A stretch of DNA of 64,000 nt, from contig JACPKW010000004.1 in NCBI GenBank assembly GCA_016186825.1, positions 130,237-194,236 of the forward strand. The letters run 5' to 3'. Made by a program: the position numbers and the translations under genes. The stretch comes from Candidatus Giovannonibacteria bacterium. GTDB taxonomy: Bacteria; Patescibacteriota; Minisyncoccia; JACPKW01; UBA11713. How positions within the stretch are numbered: position 1 is the first letter of the stretch; the number at the start of each line of letters is the position of its first letter. Under the pieces are notes generated by a model, which was given only the letters and a program-made list of their open reading frames with translations, did no database searches and was not told the DNA's origin. Positions 56,669 through 64,000 of this stretch are shown in pieces.

Positions 56669-57396
56669 ATTGCTTGATTTGCAAGCGCGATATGCCGGAG
56701 CGTATATTTTTTTAACTCCTCCGCTTGCAGGGGTGAGATAACTTCGCATGGGACGTTCCAGTGTATGGATATGATGTCACCTGATTTAAGCTGTTCAATA
56801 TCATACGATGTCTCAAGATTTCTTGAAATTTTTTTAGAGACCGGTTTTCCAAGCATCAGTTTGCAGCCGTTTAAAATCAGAGGCTCCGTCAAAACTTTTA
56901 TCGCAGGACCGGAGACTTCTTTTACTTCGCCCCAGCTTACCCTGCATGAATCCATGCTTTTGAGCGTATGCGCTTCTTCGAAGTGCCCAGTCCGCTTCCA
57001 GATTGAAAAAACATGAAAAGAATGGTGCGGGACAGCTCCCTGCCTAATCTTATCGCTAACTATTTCAAAGTCTTTTTTGCCGATGCGCTTTGGAATTTTA
57101 TGCATTTCATCAAGGTGCCTCCAGAAAGTTTTTTTCTCTATTTTGTCAAGAAGATTGTTTCCGATCCAATATGCCTCAACAACGCGGTCATCAAAAGGAT
57201 CTTTGATTTTATTTTCATGCGCGATGAAATTCAAATATGGAAACATTGTTTCAAAAGCGCCGAGAAGAACGCGAAGTCCTGGGTCCGATTCGTCCTCCTT
57301 TAGATAATCAAGCATCTCCCGATTTTGATCGGGACCGCAGTAGTGGAGGCGGTTTGGGCCAAAGGCGTATCGCGAACAGCGTAAAACACCGTCCAT
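56665..57396 (-). CDS. DUF6390-like hydrogenase-associated protein
   Basis: RYAFGPNRLHYCGP, VVEAYWIGN, PHHSFHV, DSCRVSWG, and a HypC-like GDIISIHW tail. Confidence 0.75.
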   Translation of the reverse strand: MDGVLRCSRYAFGPNRLHYCGPDQNREMLDYLKEDESDPGLRVLLGAFETMFPYLNFIAHENKIKDPFDDRVVEAYWIGNNLLDKIEKKTFWRHLDEMHKIPKRIGKKDFEIVSDKIRQGAVPHHSFHVFSIWKRTGHFEEAHTLKSMDSCRVSWGEVKEVSGPAIKVLTEPLILNGCKLMLGKPVSKKISRNLETSYDIEQLKSGDIISIHWNVPCEVISPLQAEELKKYTLRHIALANQAI

Positions 57397-57397
57397 G

Positions 57398-58324
57398 TCA
57401 GGAAATATGCTTTAATGGAGCAGTTTTGGGGAGATTTGTTTTCGCAAACACAATTACGAACAATACTCCGAGTAGAAGAAGCGCGGAACTTGCAACTTGA
57501 TTGAAAGGCAACGTTCCTTGGACAAAAACAGCGGAAAGTATATTGGTAATGAGCGTCGCCGGAACTAAGAGGGCTGCAACATGCGAAGCCGGGGCCATCT
57601 TGAGCGCCGAATACCATGTTGTAACGTATCCAAGGAGAAATAGGGATGAGAGCAAGGTCCAGCCCCACTCAACTTGATTCAGGGAAGTTATTGCGTTAAA
57701 GGGAGCGCCGGAAATTGATAAATAAATCAAAAGCGCGAGAGATCCGAAAACCATCCGCGCTGACGCGACAGTTAAGCTCGAAATATTTTTGAGCGCGATT
57801 TTTGCAATGATGCTTTCGATCGCCCAAAGAATTGTTGCAAAAAGAATCAGGAGTTCGGCAAAATTAAATTTGAAACCTGCGAACCCGCCTACAAATAGGT
57901 TCGCCGCGAATAAAGCTCCCACGCCGAGCCATTGCATGCCGGAGAATTTTTCTCCCAAAATTGGAATAGCCAAAATCGCAACCCACAGGAACAAGGATTT
58001 ATGGATAAGTCCCGCATTAATCGCCGATGAATGCTCTAAGCCTGAAAAAAATAAAGCGAAGGGCAAAGCGCCGCCAACCAAGCCGACTGAAATAAGCATG
58101 AGCCAGTCCTTGCGGTTTAAAGTTTTAAGCTCGGAGAGTTTTTTAAACAAAACAAGGCCGGAGATTAAAAAAACCGCCACTAGGGCGTTTTTTAAAGTCG
58201 TAAAAAGGACGGGATCTTTTATGGCTGTGACCGCGATTTTTGAAATAAAATTCGCAATTCCCGATATCAGAGCTGCGGTTAGCGCAAGATAAGTTCCCAA
58301 TCGCACGGCGTTCATTAGTCTCAT
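57398..58324 (-). CDS. EamA/DMT-family transporter
   Basis: About 10 TM helices in two EamA-like repeats. Confidence 0.88.
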   Translation of the reverse strand: MRLMNAVRLGTYLALTAALISGIANFISKIAVTAIKDPVLFTTLKNALVAVFLISGLVLFKKLSELKTLNRKDWLMLISVGLVGGALPFALFFSGLEHSSAINAGLIHKSLFLWVAILAIPILGEKFSGMQWLGVGALFAANLFVGGFAGFKFNFAELLILFATILWAIESIIAKIALKNISSLTVASARMVFGSLALLIYLSISGAPFNAITSLNQVEWGWTLLSSLFLLGYVTTWYSALKMAPASHVAALLVPATLITNILSAVFVQGTLPFNQVASSALLLLGVLFVIVFAKTNLPKTAPLKHIS

Positions 58325-58400
58325 TTTATATAAATGAGCCCTTTTCGTAAATATAGCGATAGCTCTGGAGTTTTAGACCGTTTTCGGATATAATAATAAT

Positions 58401-58559
58401 ATGTCTCAAGACAGATTATTTAAAATGCAGTGCAAGAATTGCAAGCGGTTCAACTATTACACAACGAAAAATAAGAAGAAAGTTGAGCGTAAAATTGAAT
58501 TAAACAAGTTCTGCAAGTGGTGTAAAAAACACACTTCTCACAAAGAAGCGAAAATCTAA
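58401..58559 (+). CDS. rpmG: 50S ribosomal protein L33 (absent from the ORF track)
   Basis: Manual translation MSQDRLFKMQCKNCKRFNYYTTKNKKKVERKIELNKFCKWCKKHTSHKEAKI. Confidence 0.95.
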   Translation: MSQDRLFKMQCKNCKRFNYYTTKNKKKVERKIELNKFCKWCKKHTSHKEAKI

Positions 58560-58568
58560 TAAATTTAC

Positions 58569-59342
58569 ATGACCGCTATAATCGTTTTCGGGCTTGCTAT
58601 TTTGTTCGGCTATTTTGTAATGCCGCATTTGATCAGGAGAGAAAATCTTTTTCTATTTCTGGAAAATACGACCAGCTTTGAAACGATTTGGCGCGATCGG
58701 AAGCTTAGATTTTTGACAGACCGAATGGATTTTATTTCCCCGAACGGCGTTACCGTAATCGGATTTTTTCTTGTCTTTCTGCTCTATCTGTTATATTCAT
58801 GGCAGGCGCCGATGCTCGTCATTTTTTTTGTTACCATGATCGCGGGGTTTTCGGACGCCCTTGACGGGTCGCTTGCGAGAAATTCTAATAGGGTAACAAA
58901 TCTTGGGGCGATTCTTGATGTAACGAGAGATATTCTTTTGGGGGTTGTGATTAGCTTCATTTTAATGGATTCTGGATATTTGTGGTTTCAATTCGTTTTG
59001 TGGTTTTTTATGGGGTGGATCTTTTTGGGATTAATCAGGATGCTCGAATTCAGGATTTCAGACGGCAAATTTCTACCCTCCGAGGATGACTACAAATTCG
59101 CGCTTGATCGAATGCGGTTTACGTTTTATATTTTAGGTGTTCTTTTATTGCTGCTGTTTGAGGTTTGGTTCGGCTTTACCGTAATAGGGGACACGCTGAT
59201 AATTTTTTCCATTGCGCTTTCATGGGTCTCGCTCGTTTTCCACAGCATGCATTTAAAAATTTTGCGCGATACGGGCGGAAATAAAACTCCAGCCGGTCAA
59301 GTTCCCACTGCGACTCCTAAAAATTTTCATTCGGGGGCTTAG
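58569..59342 (+). CDS. CDP-alcohol phosphatidyltransferase family protein
   Basis: SPNGVT and DALDGSLAR...GAILDVTRD signature. Confidence 0.88.
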   Translation: MTAIIVFGLAILFGYFVMPHLIRRENLFLFLENTTSFETIWRDRKLRFLTDRMDFISPNGVTVIGFFLVFLLYLLYSWQAPMLVIFFVTMIAGFSDALDGSLARNSNRVTNLGAILDVTRDILLGVVISFILMDSGYLWFQFVLWFFMGWIFLGLIRMLEFRISDGKFLPSEDDYKFALDRMRFTFYILGVLLLLLFEVWFGFTVIGDTLIIFSIALSWVSLVFHSMHLKILRDTGGNKTPAGQVPTATPKNFHSGA

Positions 59343-59403
59343 TTAAGTGGCATAATCGATGGCTCCAAACCATCGGTCGGGGGTTCGATTCCCTCAGCCC
59401 CTG
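59333..59403 (+). tRNA. tRNA-Trp(CCA)
   Basis: GGGGGCT/AGCCCCT acceptor, GATGG-CTCCAAA-CCATC anticodon arm, TTCGATT loop; overlaps the upstream stop codon. Confidence 0.9.
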
Positions 59404-59473
59404 CAAGTTTCACATCTACCCAGCACTGGATGATTTCCACCCTCATTTCCGCTTTTACGTTATAATATTTATT

Positions 59474-60061
59474 ATGCAGGAGTTTGACATAAAACTATTT
59501 TTTCTTTTAAATGACCTCGCGGGGAAGTCGATTTTTTGGGATTGGGTTATTGTTTTTTTTGCGCGCTGGCTCGCTTACATTTTGATAATTTTATTTTTTG
59601 TTTTTTTAATCCGCTCTGCTTATTCGCGTCCGGAAAAATATTATATTTTCCGTCTCACGCTGATTTCGGTGGTTTTTTCGCGCGGCATTATAACTCCAGC
59701 GATCCGATTTTTTTACGAGCGCCTGCGCCCTTTCGCGCTTTACAATGTCAATCAATTAATTTCGGAGGCAGGAAATTCATTTCCTTCGGGACATGCAACT
59801 TTTTATTTCGCGCTTGCGGCTTCTGTTTTTATTTTCAATAAAAAATGGGGTTTTTGGTTTATCATTGCTACTTTTATAATGACTGTGGCGCGGGTTGTTG
59901 CGGGCGTACATTTTCCATCTGATATTTTGGGAGGAATGATAATTGGGATTGCCGTCCCTTTTATTGTCCACGCTTCATACAAAAAGATTTTCGGCCATTT
60001 ACCAACTTCCACCAAAACGGAGATTACCGAAGAAAAAAAAGCGGCTCCGCTTGAGTTGTAA
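59474..60061 (+). CDS. PAP2 family (BcrC-like undecaprenyl-PP) phosphatase
   Basis: [25 protein letters not shown]. Confidence 0.9.
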   Translation: MQEFDIKLFFLLNDLAGKSIFWDWVIVFFARWLAYILIILFFVFLIRSAYSRPEKYYIFRLTLISVVFSRGIITPAIRFFYERLRPFALYNVNQLISEAGNSFPSGHATFYFALAASVFIFNKKWGFWFIIATFIMTVARVVAGVHFPSDILGGMIIGIAVPFIVHASYKKIFGHLPTSTKTEITEEKKAAPLEL

Positions 60062-60066
60062 TTTTT

Positions 60067-60561
60067 ATGGAAGAAATCGTGACAAAAAAACTTAAGAAAG
60101 CGACCTTTGCGGCGGGGTGTTTTTGGCAGGTGGAAGAAGTTTTCAGGCATTTGAACGGCGTCAAGGAAACGCGCGTTGGCTATACGGGCGGAACTTTTGC
60201 AAACCCGACATATGAAGATGTTTGCTCCGGAAAAACGGGACATGCCGAAGCGGTTGAAGTTACTTTTGATCCCGAAGTAATTTCTTTTGAAGAGTTACTC
60301 GAAAATTTTTGGGCAAATCACGACCCGACTCTGTTAAACCGGCAGGGCGACGATATCGGAAAACAATATCGTTCCGCGGTTTTTTTTCACACTGAAGAAC
60401 AGGAGAAATCGGCAATAAAATCGAAAGAGCGACTGGCTCAATCAAATAAATATGAAAATCCTGTAGTTACTGAAATTGTTCCTGTTGGAGTTTTTTATCC
60501 TGCTGAAAATTATCACCAGCAATATTTGGAGAAAAAAGGAATATCTGCGTGTAATATCTGA
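60067..60561 (+). CDS. msrA: Peptide-methionine (S)-sulfoxide reductase
   Basis: [23 protein letters not shown]. Confidence 0.96.
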   Translation: MEEIVTKKLKKATFAAGCFWQVEEVFRHLNGVKETRVGYTGGTFANPTYEDVCSGKTGHAEAVEVTFDPEVISFEELLENFWANHDPTLLNRQGDDIGKQYRSAVFFHTEEQEKSAIKSKERLAQSNKYENPVVTEIVPVGVFYPAENYHQQYLEKKGISACNI

Positions 60562-60569
60562 ATAATCTG

Positions 60570-60800
60570 ATGAAAATCGTCGTGGAGGCAAAACCGAATG
60601 CCAAAAAAAGCGAAGTTATAAAAATCAATGAAGGGAATTTTAGAGTTTCGGTAAAAGAACCGCCCGCTGATGGCAAGGCGAATCTCGCGATAATCGAAGC
60701 GCTTTCCGGTTACTTCAAAGTTGCGCGCTCGAATATCAGAATTATTTCGGGGCAAAATTATAGAAAAAAATTAATAGAAATTAATAAATCACATGAGTGA
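60570..60800 (+). CDS. DUF167/YggU family protein
   Basis: KPNAKK...PPADGKAN...SG..RKK. Confidence 0.88.
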   Translation: MKIVVEAKPNAKKSEVIKINEGNFRVSVKEPPADGKANLAIIEALSGYFKVARSNIRIISGQNYRKKLIEINKSHE

Positions 60801-61749
60801 TCTCAAAATTCCCAAAAAATTGAGCTATCTTCTCGTTTCTGACGAGCTTTTCGATTTAACTTTATATAAAAGACTGTCTTTGTTTGCCAAAGGCGACACG
60901 CTTGCAACGCTTTTGGATTTAATTCCTGTCGAGGAAAAGCACTTTGCGTTCTGGCAGAAATTTTTCGAAATAAAAATTGAAAAATTGGATTTTTTCAGGT
61001 GCGTTAAACTTTTTTTCATTGTGCTTTTTTGCAGAATTTTCGGCGAGATCGGAATTCACGTTACGCTAGAAGCAATTGAAATTCGCGGCGTTAAGAAATA
61101 CTTGGCCGTTTGGGAGATTTATCGAGATGTTCCGCTTGGGAGCGCAGTCGAAGGTGTTTTAGTGGATGAATTTAAGCATGAGGACGCGCTTATTTCAGAG
61201 TCGATCAGCAAGCGCATTCGTCCAGAAAGAATCCGCGATATTTTTCTGGGCATGAATGATGGAATTGTGGAAATTCTCGGAGCAGTTAGTGGTTTTTTTG
61301 CAGCTCTTCAGACTGCCTCAACTGTTCTTGCCGCCGCTCTGACTGTGGCGGTTGCGGGCGCGATTTCGATGGCGGCAGGGGCGTTTGTCGCAATAAGTTC
61401 AGAGAGTGAAGTTTCGAGAACGGAATATTTGAAGAAAAAGTTTTTGAGGGAAAGCCTTGAGGTTGATGGAAAAGAAAAGCCGTTCCTTTCAGCGCTTGTT
61501 GTAGGAATTTCTTATTTCGTTGGTTCGTTATTTCCGGTTTTGCCTGTTTTTTTTGGAGCGCGCAGTGTTGCAGCTCCCCTGATTGTTGCAGGGATTATGA
61601 TGATTGTAGTTTCATATATAGCCGCTTTTCTTTCAGGAATGGACATTAGGCGGCGGATTTCAATTAATTTGATAATTATGGCGCTCGCTGTCTCTGTGAC
61701 ATATATAATCGGTTTGGCCGTCAAAAGTTTTTTAGGGATTAATGTATAA
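60793..61749 (+). CDS. VIT1/CCC1 family transporter with ferritin-like N-terminal domain
   Basis: EEKH and DEFKHE ligands; [17 protein letters not shown]. Confidence 0.88.
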   Translation: MSDLKIPKKLSYLLVSDELFDLTLYKRLSLFAKGDTLATLLDLIPVEEKHFAFWQKFFEIKIEKLDFFRCVKLFFIVLFCRIFGEIGIHVTLEAIEIRGVKKYLAVWEIYRDVPLGSAVEGVLVDEFKHEDALISESISKRIRPERIRDIFLGMNDGIVEILGAVSGFFAALQTASTVLAAALTVAVAGAISMAAGAFVAISSESEVSRTEYLKKKFLRESLEVDGKEKPFLSALVVGISYFVGSLFPVLPVFFGARSVAAPLIVAGIMMIVVSYIAAFLSGMDIRRRISINLIIMALAVSVTYIIGLAVKSFLGINV

Positions 61750-61775
61750 CTTTTCCTTGTCAAGAAAAAACAATT

Positions 61776-62165
61776 ATGCAAAATAATAAAACAAAAGACG
61801 ATTATAAAAAAGAGCTCCCGCCCGAGCTTTATCATATTGCGTTTGAGAAAGGCACCGAGCCTGCATTTAACGGAAAACTTTACGATAATCATGAAAAAGG
61901 AGTCTATAAATGCGCGGTTTGCGGGGATGAGCTTTTCTCGTCTGAAGCAAAATTTGATTCGGGCACGGGGTGGCCAAGTTTTTTTGATCCGCTCTCGCAG
62001 GAAAAAATAGAAACAAAACCTGATGAAAGTCTGGGCGATATGCGGACTGAAGTGCTTTGTAAAAAATGCCAAGCTCATTTGGGGCATGTCTTTGACGACG
62101 GGCCTGAGCCGACTGGAAAGAGATACTGCATAAATTCTATTTCTCTCAATTTCAGGAAACTTTGA
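61776..62165 (+). CDS. msrB: Peptide-methionine (R)-sulfoxide reductase
   Basis: [33 protein letters not shown]. Confidence 0.96.
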   Translation: MQNNKTKDDYKKELPPELYHIAFEKGTEPAFNGKLYDNHEKGVYKCAVCGDELFSSEAKFDSGTGWPSFFDPLSQEKIETKPDESLGDMRTEVLCKKCQAHLGHVFDDGPEPTGKRYCINSISLNFRKL

Positions 62166-62193
62166 AGCTTGTTTTTAATCTGTTGTTAAATTG

Positions 62194-62806
62194 CACGATC
62201 GTGAAAAAGAGCAATATACTAAAGAGATGGCGAAATATGGAAAGTTAGCGATGCAAATGTTTTCATTGCTGGCGGCTGGATTGGTTCTAGGCTATGCGAG
62301 AGACAAGCGCACTCGAAACGAGCTTTTAAAGGAATGTGATAAAATTTGGCTTTCGATGGATCAAAATCTGCTCTTTGAGTTGGTGCGTCGCTTTAAATTC
62401 AATAAACTAATATCAATTGACGATATAAAGGGAAAAAAATACATAAAGTTATCTGAACGCGGTAGAAGAAAAGCATTGGAAATGGAACTAGGTAATATAA
62501 AATTAAATGTTCCAAAAAGATGGGATAAAAAATGGCGCTTTGTGGTATTCGATATTCCGGAGCCTAAACGGAAGATACGTGATGCGCTTCGCAGGAGACT
62601 AAAAGCCCTTGGTTTTTGTGAATTTCAAAAAAGTGTTTTTGCTTTTCCATATCCGTGCGAGAAAGAAATCAATATGATCATTAATTTCTTCGGATTGAGG
62701 GAAAATGTTAGATATTTAAATTCGTCCATATCTTATGATGCTGATCTAAGAAAATATTTTAAAATTTAGTTTATTAAGATAACTCACGATCGTGAAAAAG
62801 AGCAAT
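62194..62806 (+). repeat. 22-bp perfect direct repeat flanking the PaaX-like gene
   Basis: CACGATCGTGAAAAAGAGCAAT at 62194-62215 and 62785-62806. Confidence 0.92.
62227..62769 (+). CDS. PaaX-like wHTH plus Cas2-like-domain protein
   Basis: WDKKWRFVVFDIPE...RDALRRRLKALGFCEFQKSVF. ATG 62227 is preferred; it follows TTGCAC-18-TATACT. Confidence 0.85.
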   Translation: MAKYGKLAMQMFSLLAAGLVLGYARDKRTRNELLKECDKIWLSMDQNLLFELVRRFKFNKLISIDDIKGKKYIKLSERGRRKALEMELGNIKLNVPKRWDKKWRFVVFDIPEPKRKIRDALRRRLKALGFCEFQKSVFAFPYPCEKEINMIINFFGLRENVRYLNSSISYDADLRKYFKI

Positions 62807-63442
62807 GGTGAACTTGTCGGTGAGTTAAAAACTCGCGGTGTTCTCTACGCAGCCCCGATAATCGAGGCATTTTTGAGCGTAGACCGGAAAGATTTTGTTC
62901 GGGACGAATATAAAGATCTTGCTTACATTGACGAAGCGCTTCCGATCGGAGCTGGGCAGACCATCTCGCAGCCGTATACAGTTGCCTTTATGCTCGAGCT
63001 TTTGAGTCCCAAGTTGGGGTGGAAAATTATTGATGCGGGAGCGGGGTCATTTTGGCAGACTGCATTGCTGGCAAGCATTGTCGGTTCGCCGGCTGGCGGA
63101 GGCAAAGTTTACGCTTTCGAGCGCATTTCGGAACTCTGTGATTTCGGTTCCAAAAACATCTCAAAATATCCTGAATTAAAAAAAAGAATAGAAATCTTAT
63201 GCAAAGATGCCTCTGGCGGCTTGTCCGAAGAAGAGATTAAAAAAACTGGGGGAGTGGACGGCATAATTGCGGCGGCGGAATTGAATGAAGTTCCAGAAAC
63301 ATGGAGAGAACAATTAAAAAATGGCGGCAGGCTTGTATATCCAATGGGGGGAGCAATTTTTAATGAACGTAAAATTTCTGAAAACAAGTTTCAAATCGAA
63401 AAGTACCCGGGCTTTGCTTTTGTGCCATTTATTTCTGAATAA
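62792..63442 (+). CDS. pcm: Protein-L-isoaspartate O-methyltransferase
   Basis: AYIDEALPIGAGQTISQPYTV, GRLVYP, FAFVPF. Confidence 0.92.
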   Translation: MKKSNGELVGELKTRGVLYAAPIIEAFLSVDRKDFVRDEYKDLAYIDEALPIGAGQTISQPYTVAFMLELLSPKLGWKIIDAGAGSFWQTALLASIVGSPAGGGKVYAFERISELCDFGSKNISKYPELKKRIEILCKDASGGLSEEEIKKTGGVDGIIAAAELNEVPETWREQLKNGGRLVYPMGGAIFNERKISENKFQIEKYPGFAFVPFISE

Positions 63443-63477
63443 AAAAAACGCCCGGCAGCTGCCGGGCGTTTTTTTTT
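63441..63477. terminator. Bidirectional terminator between convergent genes
   Basis: A8-CGCCCGGCAGCTGCCGGGCG-T9 perfect palindrome. Confidence 0.85.
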
Positions 63478-63489
63478 ATTAAACTGAAT

Positions 63490-63945
63490 TTATCGGGTTA
63501 CGGAAATAATTGAGCCAATTTCTGTTGATGATGCAACAACCGTAATTCGACCTGAAGTTGGGTGCCGCGTGACTTCATATCCCGTGTTATAAATTGTTCC
63601 GTCCCAAGCTTTTCCCGTTTTTGGGTCAGAAGGCAGTTCTGACATGTAAGTTGGAACAATGCACGGACGAATATTATAACCTGATGATGAAACCGTAGTT
63701 GTCGCCGTCGGAATTACTCCTGCAGAACATCCAGTTTCGAAGATTCCTTTATTATCTGCGGTTCTCTGCCCGATTGCATTTAAAATTGCGTTAACATTGG
63801 AGGATCTTTGCGAATCTCTTGCCTGCGCGAATTGGCGAGCCGGGTTGAGTGCGACCAAGACAATTGTTGCCAAGATGGCTATGATCCCGATCACGACCAA
63901 GATTTCAATTAAAGTAAAGCCCGATTTCTTTCTTTTTTTGTTCAT
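63490..63945 (-). CDS. Type IV pilin
   Basis: KSGFTLIEILVVIGII, ALNPARQFAQARD.QR, and a Cys pair. Confidence 0.92.
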   Translation of the reverse strand: MNKKRKKSGFTLIEILVVIGIIAILATIVLVALNPARQFAQARDSQRSSNVNAILNAIGQRTADNKGIFETGCSAGVIPTATTTVSSSGYNIRPCIVPTYMSELPSDPKTGKAWDGTIYNTGYEVTRHPTSGRITVVASSTEIGSIISVTR

Positions 63946-64000
63946 ATTTTTGTTTCCGCCAGCTGGCGGATTATTGAGCGCAAATCGACTCTTTCGCGCT

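Noticed and set aside
62227-62769. Cas2 of a CRISPR-Cas system
   Set aside because: PaaX-like architecture, with no cas1 or array nearby.
652-63387. Numerous short antisense or alternate-frame ORFs in the track
   Set aside because: They are shadows of well-supported genes and carry no recognisable motifs.
1-64000. Alternative genetic code (UGA=Gly)
   Set aside because: Conserved genes are full-length under code 11, and several end in TGA at the expected positions (msrA, msrB, HD hydrolase).

Overview
This 64 kb window looks like chromosome from a Patescibacteria/CPR bacterium, most likely Parcubacteria. This is an inference from the gene repertoire, the shortened RF1 and EF-Ts, AT-rich leaders mostly lacking Shine-Dalgarno sites, 'KGF' prepilin-like N-termini and dispersed GC-rich mini-palindromes; genetic code 11 fits. 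Layout: (1) 1-8.4 kb, a sugar-metabolism operon (transketolase C-subunit, PfkB kinase, class II aldolase, 2-hydroxyacid dehydrogenase) with an embedded pilin, then CapA, rplY and a lytic transglycosylase. (2) 8.8-33.2 kb, five very large surface or secreted proteins (LamG, FN3/Ig, zincin HExxH, beta-helix, subtilase, a 3913-aa giant); four of them share an unusual ~60-aa N-terminal leader. (3) Translation genes, and a tRNA-Thr nested inside another, interrupted tRNA-Thr. (4) An Rrf2-IscS-IscU-ferredoxin-SOD-Nfu cluster, proteases and ClpB. (5) A tRNA-Tyr-anchored island of three single genes separated by a conserved ~100-bp repeat and bounded by direct and inverted repeats, resembling a cassette array with no integrase in view. 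(6) A minimal group 3b-like [NiFe]-hydrogenase cluster. (7) rpmG, lipid and repair genes, and a PaaX/Cas2-like gene flanked by a 22-bp direct repeat. Best candidates for undescribed biology: the repeat-delimited cassette array, the shared N-terminal leader, the tRNA-within-tRNA and the direct-repeat-flanked PaaX-like gene. All calls are from reading the sequence; no searches or folding programs were run.
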